A stretch of DNA of 63,528 nucleotides, the filler included, from Choristocarpus tenellus KU-1152 (Eukaryota > Protista > Phaeophyceae), in NCBI GenBank assembly GCA_964200185.2. It is 9 parts of 9 records of this genome, joined end to end, with 100 filler letters (N's around TTAATTAATTAA, not from the genome) between each part and the next. Parts side by side here need not be neighbours in the genome. Positions count along the whole stretch, not along the records: positions 41,997 to 57,538 come from CAXNAD020000978.1; positions 57,639 to 63,528 come from CAXNAD020009493.1; 7 more parts are not named here. One strand, 5' to 3'. How positions within the stretch are numbered: the first letter of the stretch is position 1; every line of letters begins with the position of its first letter. A model generated the notes under the pieces. It searched no databases and had not been told where the DNA came from. It was given only the letters and a program-made list of their open reading frames with translations. Positions 51,580 to 63,528 of this stretch are shown here, one piece after another. Made by a program: the position numbers and the translations under genes.

Positions 51580-52743
51580 CTGGAAGAGTCACTTTCCAGA
51601 AGAAAATTACATAATGTTGGTCACATATTGTTGACAGTCTCAGACACCGACCTGTACATGCTGACAGCACCCCATCTGGTTCATTTAAAGTACACATTGT
51701 CTTCATACTTCAAGGAGGAAGCTGACATATTTAGCTGTGCATTTAATCACCATATCTTACAAAACGGTTTCTTGGGGTTAACAAATCTAATATCGTAAAT
51801 GATATCGGTACTCAACCCCAAGTGCACATTGTATGACACAACCACAACATACTAGTGCAGGTCCTCTCCAAAACTAAAGTTACTCGTTGCATGCTTGCAT
51901 CAAAGAGGACAAACAAATTTGACAACATCAGAATGATCATGGCACAAACCATCCACCACCATCTTCTTGTTGAGTGTAGCTCAATGTGAAACCCTAACAT
52001 GCCCAATAATAGGGGAGCACTCCTCGACATCTGTTTGGCATAGTGGATATTTACCTAAAGCACAAGCTCACTTTAGAAAGTATTTACTGCCTTTCTGCCT
52101 GGCTTCTCTGAATCTCCTTTGAGTTGAAGGTCGAGTGCTCTTTTACTACCCAATACAGTACTACTTCATATACTACACTAAAGTCCTTGTCAGCCACAGT
52201 GCTAATTGCAGCACCTCTAGAATAGAAGGTATGATGTATCACCCATATGATATTGATAGCATACTGTAGTCCTGCAAGTGGTTGTCTCTCACAGGTATCA
52301 TGTACCTCAGTTTTTCTGGTGTAATTTGAAGCACGGTGTTGGACCTTTCATAGTCAAAACCAGGAGAGATGGAGATTTACCAGGACATGCTCACCCCATA
52401 CCAAGTGGAAGGTCAAAGTAGCGACAATGTCAACACATAGCTGAAAGACGTGTATCAAAACACTATGATGTATTATACACACAAAACAAACCACATTGAT
52501 CTCCTTTTCACCTCTAACACTTACATCACACCATTGTATCAAAACGGCACCTAAACAAAAAACAAAAAGAAGAGGAGTCAAGGCCAACCTTGAATTGGCA
52601 CATGAGGGTAATGCCCCCCCACATGCAGGACTGCTGGGGTCTGTGATCTTAGTGATGGTTGCTCTGTAGACAACCATTACCGTGTAGATCATCACCCACC
52701 CTATCCCTCAATAGGAGTGTTTGGCCAAGGACTCGCTTGCTTC

Positions 52744-55676
52744 TTACTCCTCCCCATGTACCCGAAGGCGGTAGATGCATGTGTAGTCTGAGTTTCCCCA
52801 GTTTGACCTGATATTGAAAGTAACCATGGGATACTTTCGACCAACAGGCCTAGTGATGCCACAGCAAAAACATGGGGGGCAGGGGTATGGTCATTGCGCA
52901 GTGTGGTTGAGAACGTGGGTCAGTTTATTGTGAGCACCCTTCTACTAATCTCATAGAGTAAACACTACAAAAGAACTTGTGAAACACTTCATATTCTTGT
53001 AAGTCCCACTATTGAACTCAATGAATCCAGTACCGAGGATAGGGAGAGACAATGCAAAAGCATTATTCATCACATTAGGAGTGGCTTGACCATTACATAC
53101 AAAAGCGTGATGTTGATTAATGATTGGGCATTCAAAGGCAGCTAGTTAGTTCCAATTGGACCACTGTTGTTCCCGTATACAGCATTAGAACAGCAGAGCA
53201 ACAGGAAGCAAAGCAAACAGAGCAATATTTGGATACAGCAAACTGCTAAAAACCCCCATCAAACCCTATGCCCCCTACAAAAACCTTCATAGACATCAAA
53301 ACCTAATCCAAACAGAAAATAACCGAATGATAAGGAGAGCTTACCTTACATCCAAAATCAATTGCACAAAAAAGCACACGCACTGCTTCCAACTGTAAGT
53401 CTTCCCTCAACAACACCACCAACAGGCTATCAAAAACTACCTCAGCAAAACAAAACGTCAAAAAAAGTGAAACCGATCTCCAACCAACCACTCCCAACCG
53501 TCCTTGCACAGCAACAGTTGGTGCAGTTGTCATACTCCCACACTAAGGCGACATGGCCAGGCTGTTGTGGTCCTACAAAACGCCTCTTCTGTAACAAATC
53601 TACAGTGCAGATCAATACCAAGCGTCATCTGCAGTGGTATTTTATTAATCCGAAGACCGCGCCAAACCAACAGTTAGCCGGAATGCCCTGTGACTCGTTT
53701 CCACCATATTTTATTGACGCCTGAACTGGCCCCTTCAAACCCCTTCAAACAATACATCACCTTAGCCAGCCCGTGCCCTGATCCTTTACAAAAAAGGAAA
53801 ACGCCTCGGGCTGGCCCCAGAAAATCCTTTTTTTCCCAGGGTCTACTCTGTCAAACGTTACACATTCACCGGCCTGGGACCAAAGTTGATTTCTGATTTC
53901 AAAGTCAGTGAAGTATGACACACACTCTGCATTGCTGCTGACACACTGAAGAAATTGTGAAAACAGTAATATATCCGTTGATAAAAACGGTAATATATCT
54001 ATTGATAAAAACAGTAATATATTTGTTGATATAAAAACAGTAAGATATCCAAGTGCTATCATAGTATACAACAACCGAACAGGCGCTCAAGACATTTTCC
54101 AAGCATCATCTTGTTATGGTACAGTACATGTGTGTATGTTTCACAGAACATCTATAAGTAGTAAGAACGCCAACACTCATAACTTTCATCTACATACAGC
54201 AGCAGCACTTCAAGAAGACGTATCTCCACACATTTTTTATTTTTTACTATGGAGTGCTCTGGAGTAGAACCCAAAGCATTGAACACTATTTAATATAAAA
54301 AGACAGCATGCGCCGTGCAGTTATCTTCTGATATTTGACTGCGTGAAATTCACTTAAGAAGTGACAATTGAATAACGCCTGATCAAAGACTTGAAACATT
54401 GACACACATTCAACACTAAGAATATACACAACACACAAACATGTAACCCGCCTTCTCGATCACCTTATCCAGTGACAGGGGTGTGTCTACATGAAAACAG
54501 CTGTGTTAATATCAGCAACGAAGACCGAACTCTTTTATATATACTCACTCAAACTCAAAGAACTGTACAGCCTTGCCCTCCTTGATGTACTCTCCTACCC
54601 CAAGCGTAACCGGGTGAGAGTCATCTGCGTCCCTCAGTCCATACACCTAGGTGCCAGGCACGAGGGGGCAGGTGGCAAAGGAGTGCATCTGAGACATCAC
54701 CAAGCTGTAACACTAGGATAAGGAGTTTTAATGAGAAGCAGATTAGTGAGATCACCTTGACATTTACAAAGCCAGTGTATCTCCCCCATTCCACAATGCG
54801 ACTGCAAATTGTGTCAAATACAGATATACCTTACAATGAACAAACAGATCAGGTGCTCATGCAACTAACTGCCTGCCCAAAAAGATCAGTTTGTTCGAAG
54901 ATTAAGATTTGGTGCTATCTCAATAACAACAAAATCAGAGGTCTTGGTGCCGAACCCCTGGCTGGACAGCATTCCTGACTCCCTACAGCGGGGGGGTAAA
55001 ATATTCTAGTATATATTAGTAGAGATGAGAGTGAGAGGGGAGGTCTGGGTATTGGGGTAAAGGAGAAAAAAATACGATTCGAAGATGAAGATAACTACAT
55101 GGGGAGAGTGAGTATTAGACCAGTGGGGTAATGCCCCCCATCTATTAACCTGAGAAGTACTCCACACTCCGATTTTGTCAAATATTTTGATGCCACTGTA
55201 CCACCGGGGCAGATACCCATACAAATGTTTGGTCTGGTTTTTCAGCGGCATCTCAAAATCCGACATCTCAGGGATGTAACACCTTGCTGGTTCAGAAGCG
55301 AGAGCAGGAAGTTTGGAGAGGGTAATCTAATCCAGACGATCACGCTTTGAAGCATGTTGTCTATTAACATCACAAAGAAGCAAATAGTGTCGATAGTATC
55401 ATCAAATATTGTCAATAGTGTAGTCAAATAGTGTCAATAGTATAATCAAATAAGTGTCAATAGTATAGTCAAATAGTATCATAATCAAGTACCTCAAACT
55501 GCCTCGGTGCAGAAGACATATCCAAGGCAACATGCCTGGAGGTGTGCTCAATGCTCACACCGTGAACAGCGATGTCAGCCGTAAGTCTAATAGTCACAAG
55601 CCCACTATTCCCCTTCATGGCCCAGCAGGAGCTCAGCCTGGTATCCTCTGATAGAACTGAGGAAGGGGGGCCCAGT
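52744..55676 (-). CDS. SUN-domain (Sad1/UNC-84) nuclear envelope protein, C-terminal exons 55676-55493, 54646-54549, 52849-52744
   Basis: Spliced product LGPPSSVLSEDTRLSSCWAMKGNSGLVTIRLTADIAVHGVSIEHTSRHVALDMSSAPRQFE-VYGL...LGVGEYIKEGKAVQFFEFE-PVGRKYPMVTFNIRSNWGNSDYTCIYRLRVHGEE* contains the canonical CWA..G, EH, SSAP..F and SNWG...YTCIYR.RVHG motifs. A possible upstream exon lies at 57107-57062. Confidence 0.92.
53960..54049. repeat. Intronic minisatellite, about 24-bp unit x~3.7
   Basis: AAAACAGTAATATATCCGTTGATA variants in tandem. Confidence 0.85.
55381..55488. repeat. Intronic minisatellite, about 22-bp unit x~5, abutting a splice donor
   Basis: CAAATAGTGTCAATAGTATAGT variants in tandem. 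Confidence 0.85.
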
Positions 55677-57831
55677 CTACAGAGACCAACCCCGTCATTG
55701 TAGTGCCACCATGGATAAAACCGCGATGGGAGGCGCAAAAGAGTTAAAAAAACGATTGGAGTGTTGAAAAAAGGTGGTGAAGACCGGGGGCGGGGGGGGG
55801 CATGTGCGCAATTAAAGTACAATGGGGATGCAGCAAAGAGGGTACACCTTCTATATATAGCTAAAATTACTAGAAATTACAACGGCGGAATGTTTAGGAT
55901 CTTTAGGACACCTTTAGGATGTCTCTACCTGAGATTTGTTGGGTATAATGATGGGAGGGGGCAGGCTGCAACGAAAATACACACCCTACTTGCTTAATCT
56001 CTCACACTACCTTAACGTTGTCATCCCTATCACGCCACATTCTATTGGTGGACTTGAACCTTTTCACAACATTTCCCCTACCCCTTTAACAAATGACCAT
56101 TTTATTGTAATTATAATCATAATCATATTGGAATGGACAAGGGTGCAAGGAGAGGCAAGAGCACCAACAATGTATTTTCCAATACTTACAGTACATGCAA
56201 CCTAGCAATAGCCAACGATCTAATAGCANNNNNNNNNNTTTCACCCAATAATAACAGCAACACCATCAGCACAAGAAAATAATACATCCTATACCATATT
56301 TCAAAGCAAGATACCCTTTTCTGTCAATGACTACAACTAAACCTGTACCCTAATAGCATCAAATTCTCATGGCGACTATTACACAAATGAAATATATTTT
56401 TAAACAGGTTGGAGCTCAACCCCCCCCCCCCACTCCCCCCCGATTACCAACACCATACCTACTCAACACACCTATCTGTAGATCCAATTTTGTCATCCAC
56501 ACTTAAACCCCCCCCCCTATCATATCATATCGTGGCCACATTAGTATGAACAGATCTATGCACTATTACCTTACTACTAACATTGCTAGGTTACACATGC
56601 TACGTGCAAAGTACAAACATATTCTGTGGGTGTATCTATACAAAAACCTCGCGATACTAACACTACAAAAAAAAAATGATGACAGCATTCATTCTGTTCA
56701 AAGCATCGTCAAGTACGGGGTGTAACTGCAGTAGATGATACTTCAGTAGTGCCATCCATACCCCTATAGGAATATCCCCCGCCAAAAACTTCAACTTCAA
56801 CTTCAACATCACAGTACAATTGAACTACCAGAACACACCTGGTACAAGTAACATCATGCTGAAGCAAGCATCTATCTGTCTCTAAGGAGGGCAGTAGTTC
56901 ACAAAGCACTACAAGTACCTCCCTCTGTACACGGTACCACATGACCCAATACCTCTAAACAGAAATGTGGCTCGATACAAACAACAGGGGAGTAGACACT
57001 CACCCATTCTCAATTCCAAGGCTGTGCCATAGCTTACTCAGGTACTTGTTCTGATACTCACCCTCAGGGGACAAGTAAGAATCGGACATTCTGTTCTCGG
57101 TCATTACCTAACATAGACAACCCCCCCCCCCACACACACATAAATAATAAAAGGTTGTGTACTTATTTGAAGATGTTGAACATGTAGGGGGATGATAATG
57201 GTGATGAAGAAGAGCATTCTGCAAAACAAAAAAATAGGCAGGGTCAAAGGGGAATAACACAACGAACCAATCGCTTCTATCAAAGAGGGGGGGTTGCTAT
57301 TGAGTTTTAAGGACACCCCTTTGACTGCATCAAGGCACATATGTTTTGAGCACTGTGGAGGATGCTTTCAACTAACAATGCCTTACATAGGAAATCGGTC
57401 TCCTATGGCCTCACTCTCCTAAAAGAGGGCCAGGTGTGTATCATGCATGGGGGTGGTGTATATTATACAAGGGTCAAGGCGGCGTTAGAGCTCAAAAGGG
57501 TCAAATTCGACCCCCACCCCCCCCCCCCCCCCACCCCCNNNNNNNNNNNNNNNNNNNNNNNNNNNNNNNNNNNNNNNNNNNNTTAATTAATTAANNNNNN
57601 NNNNNNNNNNNNNNNNNNNNNNNNNNNNNNNNNNNNNNCCCCTTGCCTGTATCCTCAGCTCCACCACTCCATGAAGTACTTACTCCATGCTGAGATCATT
57701 GCAGGCGTGTATATAACACAAACGCCTCTAAATTCCACAAATATTGACCAAACAACAACCCAAAAACTATCAATACAAAAAAACTTACACAACCCTGAGC
57801 AAACGCCTGATAAAAAATTCTGTATTCTTAA

Positions 57832-59148
57832 CACCCTAACCCTAACCCTAACCACAGGTGACATTTTGTACAAGATACACCACTAGTGCTCTAATCTACA
57901 TACAAAGTACACTACTACAACTACAATCAATATCATTAATATTATTATTATGATGATAAATATTGACACACAAATTCATTTTCTGACCTGGTCGAAGGAG
58001 GTGTACGACTGTACGAAGGCGTGTGCATGTGTGCCCTTGACATCAATGCCAATCACCTTTCCTGCAAGCACATTGCTGGTTCCATTGAAACCCCCAATGT
58101 AAGAGTACCTTGATGCCGATAGCGCCCCATCCGGACCCTTCTCGAGGCAGACAAGACAGGACATCGAAATTTACAAACAAGAGTCATTTATTTATTTATC
58201 CAATATCAAAACTCCATCTTTATCAGTCTGATACTTTCTAATTTCCGGCTTATTATATTCCCATAATTCCTTTGAACCTAAATCTGCCGAATTAAGATAC
58301 TTTGTAATCTTATCATGACTTATATCACCAGTTTATTTATTTTATTTTATTTTGGGGGGGGTACGTCCTAGCCCTAACCCTAACTAAAGTAAAAATATAA
58401 AATAAGAATGTATCCTACTGAGGAGCCATTGTATCCATTTCTTAAAAGAGCTATATATATATGACAGTACCTAGGTCTAGGGTTAGGGTTGAGCTTGTTA
58501 TAAAATCAATGTTATGTTTGTTGAAATATTGAGGGAAGATCACAGAAAAAAAGATCGAGATGTGAGGATATGAGGAAGTTTGGAGGGATGATAGGTTGGT
58601 CTCTGTTGTCAGAAGCTAATCCTAATCCTAATCCTAACCCTAACCCTATACAGATAGGTCAGTCAGCGTAATCCTAACCCCCCCCAAAATAAACTAAAAA
58701 TGAAGGAAATAAATAATAACTAAGTAAAGCATCACGAATAACTGTATAGGAATGAAGCACTTGAGTACTATAATCTTGACTTAATCAAGAGATCGGGTGC
58801 CTGCACCAAGAATATGACAAAAGAGTTAAATTTAAGAAATTATACCTCTGGTGCACAGCATATGGTTTATGGTACATTATATATGATATATATATAATGG
58901 TACATGGTATACCATATGTAGTATGAGATATGTATACAGTACTACAGTTGCTGGTATGTGATTGTGACTGTGGGCCTTGTAGAGAAATGTGACAAAAAAT
59001 ATTATAACAGTGAATAGACTGATACATAATGTATCACTGCATGTTTTTTTTCTTTACAAGAACAACAGAGGTGGTGTTAGGGATACAGGATTAGGGTTAG
59101 GGTTAGCCCCTTCCACTGCCACTGCAAAAAATATGAGGGGTTAGGGTT
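57832..59148. repeat. Several short telomere-like CCCTAA/TTAGGG tracts in NAPRT introns (about 57832, 58372, 58478, 58616, 59089, 59139)
   Basis: Directly visible tracts of 2-5 units in both orientations. Confidence 0.75.
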
Positions 59149-62100
59149 AATAAAGAGGATGGGGGGGGGGGGGGGGGGCGACCCTCAACACAAAGTTTTG
59201 CAAATGTTGTGTACAATCAGGATATTCCCGGCAAANNNNNNNNNNAAAGATAGGGTTAAGTTTGGGCACTTTTAAAGGCAAAAAAAAAAAATTTGGGGGT
59301 TGTGGGTTAAAAAAGGGGGGGGGGGGGGGGGGGGAGTTAGACCTATAATAAAAGTTTAGCAAAAGTTTGCTACAATCAGCATATTCCAGCACTATGACAA
59401 TCTCTGCTGCTGGGAATGATTTCCAACGATTTAGATTTTTTTTCTGTAGTGCTTCTCTCCTCCTCAATTTCGAGAGGTCAGGACACAAAAAAGTCGCAGG
59501 CAGTGTTCATCCATATACCTTATCTTGTCAGAACATTTGTACCTTTAAAAACTGTACAGCCTACAACCGTTCTTCTCGGCGGCAGAGATTGTTGATTGCG
59601 AGGCCTTCCAATGCCTGCTAGGCGCAAAGACTTTAGAAAGAAAAAAGAAAACAGTTCTGCACTCTCCCCTGGTCACAGGAGACAGAATTGTTCAACTAGG
59701 GCCTGCCATCCCCCACTCTGTCATACACTTGTCATACTTTCTCATACTGTGTTGCACATGTCATAAAAGAAGTCCACATTGTGCTATGTCACCATGTCAA
59801 CATATGTCATCTAAACCAGCCTCATGTGCTTCTGAAAGGGGTATAGTGAAGACACAGATGAGGGTGGGGTTCGGGACGTTCTACAATAGACCCCAGAAGG
59901 ATTCCAAAAAACAATATATATATATTTTCTGCCAGTACACTGAGCAAGTACCTGTCGAAAACTATCAACAGAGGGTTCACATTGAGAGTGACCAGTTCAG
60001 ACATTGTACCAGAGAACTGGTTGCGCCATGAGGCTGGCACTCTTGCACCTACTCCGGTATGAGAATAGTACTTTGGTACCTACTCCGGTACGAGAATAGT
60101 ACTTCGATACCTACTCCGGTACGAGAATAGTACTTCGATACCTACTCCGGTACAAGAATAGTACTTTGGTACCTACTCCGGTATGAGAACAGTACTTTGA
60201 TACTTACTCCGGTATGAGAATAGTACTTTGGTACCTACTCCGGTACGAGAACAGTACTTTGATACCTACTCCGGTACAAGAATAGTATTTCGATACCTAC
60301 TCCGGTACGAGAATAGTACTTGATACCTACTCCGGTACAAGAATAGTACTTTGGTACCTACTCCGGTACGAGAATGAGACCACAAAATAGCCTACCTGGG
60401 CACGTCGGAGTCCAAACTCCAACAGAGTTTTACCTGGACCGGCAGCATACCTCATCCTCGCTGCGTTGGTAGCAACCAGTGAGGGGTAGTTAATTAGATT
60501 CAAAATTGGGGTTTCCAGGAGTTGGCCCACAGCCAGAGGACCCTGAAATCACACAGTTTCAAAAGGATGGCATTGGGGGGGGGGGTTGGCTTGATGGAGG
60601 TTAGTCAAAAATGTGTGACAACTATGGTTCGGAATTTCAATGGTAGAAAAGGGTTAAAATATAAAAACACAAGTTGGTGCGGTTAGCGCCAGAGGCAGCA
60701 GACAGCAGACACAGGGGCAGACAGGCGAAAAGTCGGACGGTTGAATCAAAACCACTCAGTACTGCACACGCAGCATGTACCGAAGTGGTGTCTACAGTCC
60801 TTTCAAAGAAAGTTTTTTGTGGAACGAGAAGTGACGGAGTTGGACATGTGCCACTCTGGGTTTTGTTCGGTTCACCGTGAACTTAGTTTGGGATACAGTG
60901 TACAAGCAGTAAGTAAGCAATATGAAACCTAAAAAGTCCAGTTGAAATGACAGTGGGTACTATTGGGCTGTACGGCAATACTTTCATTGTGTTGTCATCG
61001 AGGATCTATTAAAAAAAACACATTGCGTTTCTTCCTGGGACCACCAACATGATAGCAACTGAATCGAATCTCATGCAACAATGCCTCTGCTTGCACCCTA
61101 CGAGAAGTCACCTCTAGCCTCAGAAGAGGCACCCGTGGAAAGCAGAGAGTGCCCTCTTCGAAGGAGAATAGCTTGATGCTCCTACAGTCCAGGTTTTCCA
61201 ACCACTGGAAAAAGGCCTCCTCACAGTGAGGCATAATCTTCTTGAGGTAGGCAATGTCTGAAGCTGTGAAAGCAAAGGCGTTCAAGAGGGAAATCACCTC
61301 CCCCAGGCCTGTCCTCATGAATAGACGAGGGTACAAGGTCCAGAAAAGGGGGTTACGAGATATTTTCCCTGGGGGACATCTTTTGTACATGTTAAGTGAG
61401 ATCCTCCCAGACAAACACAATGTATATATTTGAGTTGTAGAAAGGTAAGACCGGTCAGGGTCCAGGCAAATGTAATTGACCATAGGTAGGCTCAAGTTGA
61501 GAATATAAAAGGTTAGCCAAGCTCATGGTAGGGCCTTGTGTGTTACAAGTCGGGGAAGAGTAGAAATCTAAACTATGAGGAATTTTCATTGGTTTGCAGC
61601 GAAACATTAGACACGAGTGGGTGGCGTTCTCGCAAGTAGGTGGGCGCCTCGATCATTGGTTCATAAATTGGCGAATGGTTGTGACTTGAGAAGGGATCGA
61701 ATGTAATCACATTGTACAGGGACGTTGCAATGCAACCCATACCACCAACATAAAAGAAGGAGTGGTTGCGCGGTGACAATCTATAAAGGGCAAGGTATGG
61801 TGTGTGCAATCATTTGATGTCGAATTGGGTTAGTGAGACTGGAAAAAGGTATACTTACCAGCAAAGACGGTGAACTGCCCTTTGAACGGGTTCTTGCGGA
61901 AGAAGAGGTCAAACACCGCCTGCGAAGCACGGGCGTGCGAATGAAAGGTAAATAATTATATTTGAGAGGAAAACACGAGGTCAAAGCAAACATCTTCTGG
62001 AGATATTCCTCGATGTTGTATGCATCACGTCAATCCACGACGAGATGGTCTATATCCGCCTTCCAGAAGGCAAAGGACGACATTTTCTGGAACAGATCGA

Positions 62101-62440
62101 GTAATTGGACATAAATTCGAGCGTTCAATTAGTCTAACTGTTGGCATGCCTGGGACCAGGGGGAAAAGGACAATTGTCACATCATTGTCACACAAAGCTG
62201 CTCTCCTCAACTAGACACAACCATCCAACCAAATAGGTCGTCATCTTCACCTCAACTATTCCTAACCCTCCCTTTCTCTTTCGGCTACCATCAACTACAT
62301 AAAACCACCTTCTCATCTTGACGGCCAGCTTTCCAATATGCGTATGTCATGGAAATTTGATACATATCAGTGAGCATGGGGGTGACCAACGGGTTCATGG
62401 GTCGGGTCACATTAGTGGACAACTCATCAGGATTATTCAT
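57988..62440 (-). CDS. NAPRT: Nicotinate phosphoribosyltransferase, 5' exons 62440-62309, 61919-61859, 61308-61112, 60542-60396, 58137-57988
   Basis: Spliced product ...[17 protein letters not shown]...[27 protein letters not shown]...[46 protein letters not shown]...[52 protein letters not shown]. These are the hallmark NAPRTase motifs, including the phospho-His GTHAH. Phases are consistent; the 3' exons are absent from the contig. Confidence 0.96.
60047..60375. repeat. Intronic minisatellite, 31-bp unit x~10.6
   Basis: ACCTACTCCGGTAYRAGAAYAGTACTTYGRT in head-to-tail array with no spacers. Confidence 0.97.
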
Positions 62441-63508
62441 AGAGATGGGAGATATCCGCAGTGGTTGTTGCAGTTCTTCTCTATTTTTGGACTGTGCATG
62501 CAAGGAAGGTGCTGTGATTGAGGAACGATGTTTGAAGACCAAAGTTGCAGTTTGAACCATCCATTTCCATGAACAACAATACAATTCATCCAAAGATACA
62601 AGACAACGAAAAGCCACGACCCCCAGAATGGAGTACGTTGGGGATTGGTCCAAGATTCTCCCCAATTTCCAATATACCAACAAATCATCACATCAACATC
62701 ACAACATCGATATTATAGTACCTAGAATAATAACTGGTGTACCACAACCTTGTTTTCTATACGGTAATAATACTACAACTGTACCATACAATTTCCTCTA
62801 AGGTAAGTTGAGCGAAGGGATGAACATGTTCTACTATATAATTTTATTATTATACCCTTTGACATTTTCCAGATGTGTGAAGGATGTGTTCTACTATTAT
62901 GGTAATATCTTTTTGGACTATTAAACCCATAATGTCAGAGGGCTTAATAATAAAAATAATGCAGGATACAAATACTATTGTAGAAGAACAAAAAATAGTA
63001 AGAAATTATACAGGACATGTGTGGACATGTTAATGTTAGTTCAATATATTATTGACACATAATAGGTGAAGGTGGTAAGAAAAAATTCAATCCAAAGGTT
63101 GGTAGCAGGTTAAAAAGAACCTCACATTGATAAGCGAATGATTCTTATGCCAATGGTGGATTCCTTATCCTTCATTGACTTTTTTTGTAGGTGGTGTAGT
63201 AGTTGTTACCTACGTAGTTGTTAACCAAGTAAATGAGGAGTGGTACCACTTGCAGTATTACCCCCTGCTACCAACATCGAACATCGTGTTGATGATGCTT
63301 CTATTAAGTATGTTCCAGACTAATCCAATTCTTCAGTTGATGTAATAAATCGGTTGGTGTGTTCCTAGAACTAACTCTCCACAACAACACGCAACATATT
63401 GATTCAGTTGTTCCCCTACCATTCACTGTTTATAGATTACTCGGCTTACCATATATATATTTACCATACTCCCTGTCCTATAAGTCTGGGCCGTTAAGTT
63501 GTATTTCT

Positions 63509-63528
63509 GGGTCAAAGTATCTGGGGGG
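63509..63528 (+). mobile_element. MITE family A terminus at the window end (another at 16110-16130)
   Basis: GGGTCAAAGTATCTGGGGGG. Confidence 0.8.

Noticed and set aside
12890-57638. Recurrent TTAATTAATTAA palindrome as a biological motif, and gene neighbourhood across gaps
   Set aside because: It is always embedded in identical N padding, so it is an assembly linker. Adjacency such as SUN next to NAPRT is not evidence of linkage.
60047-60375. CRISPR-like array
   Set aside because: The 31-bp units are contiguous with no unique spacers, lie in a spliceosomal intron, and no cas genes are present.

Overview
This is eukaryotic genomic DNA, most likely from a brown alga or related stramenopile. 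That assignment is an inference from intron-rich genes, TTAGGG telomere motifs, and pogo, CRE and RTE remnants that resemble brown-algal repeats. The window is not contiguous: nine contigs are joined by eight artificial 100-nt N44-TTAATTAATTAA-N44 linkers, so neighbourhood across a linker means nothing. Spliced genes reconstructed by hand with phase-consistent exons: an EGF-like/mastigoneme-type surface protein (3' part), a near-complete TPGS2-like gene, U1A/U2B'' RRM2 exons, a CK1-family kinase terminal exon, a coiled-coil protein, an uncharacterised 5-exon gene, a SUN-domain protein (3' part) and nicotinate phosphoribosyltransferase (5' part). There is also an intact tRNA-Phe(GAA). The intergenic and intronic space is dense in mobile DNA. 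The most notable structure is about 20 MITE copies in four internally unrelated families, all sharing a GRSTCAAA...TTTGASYC terminus and variable 3-bp target-site duplications. Other elements are solo LTRs, an LTR with a tRNA-Gln-type primer site, 5'-truncated CRE-like retroposon tails with a conserved hairpin, and pogo, hAT and RTE remnants. I found no CRISPR array or prokaryotic defence system, and no convincing novel multi-gene system. The best leads are transposon-biology ones plus a possible kinase domain fusion.
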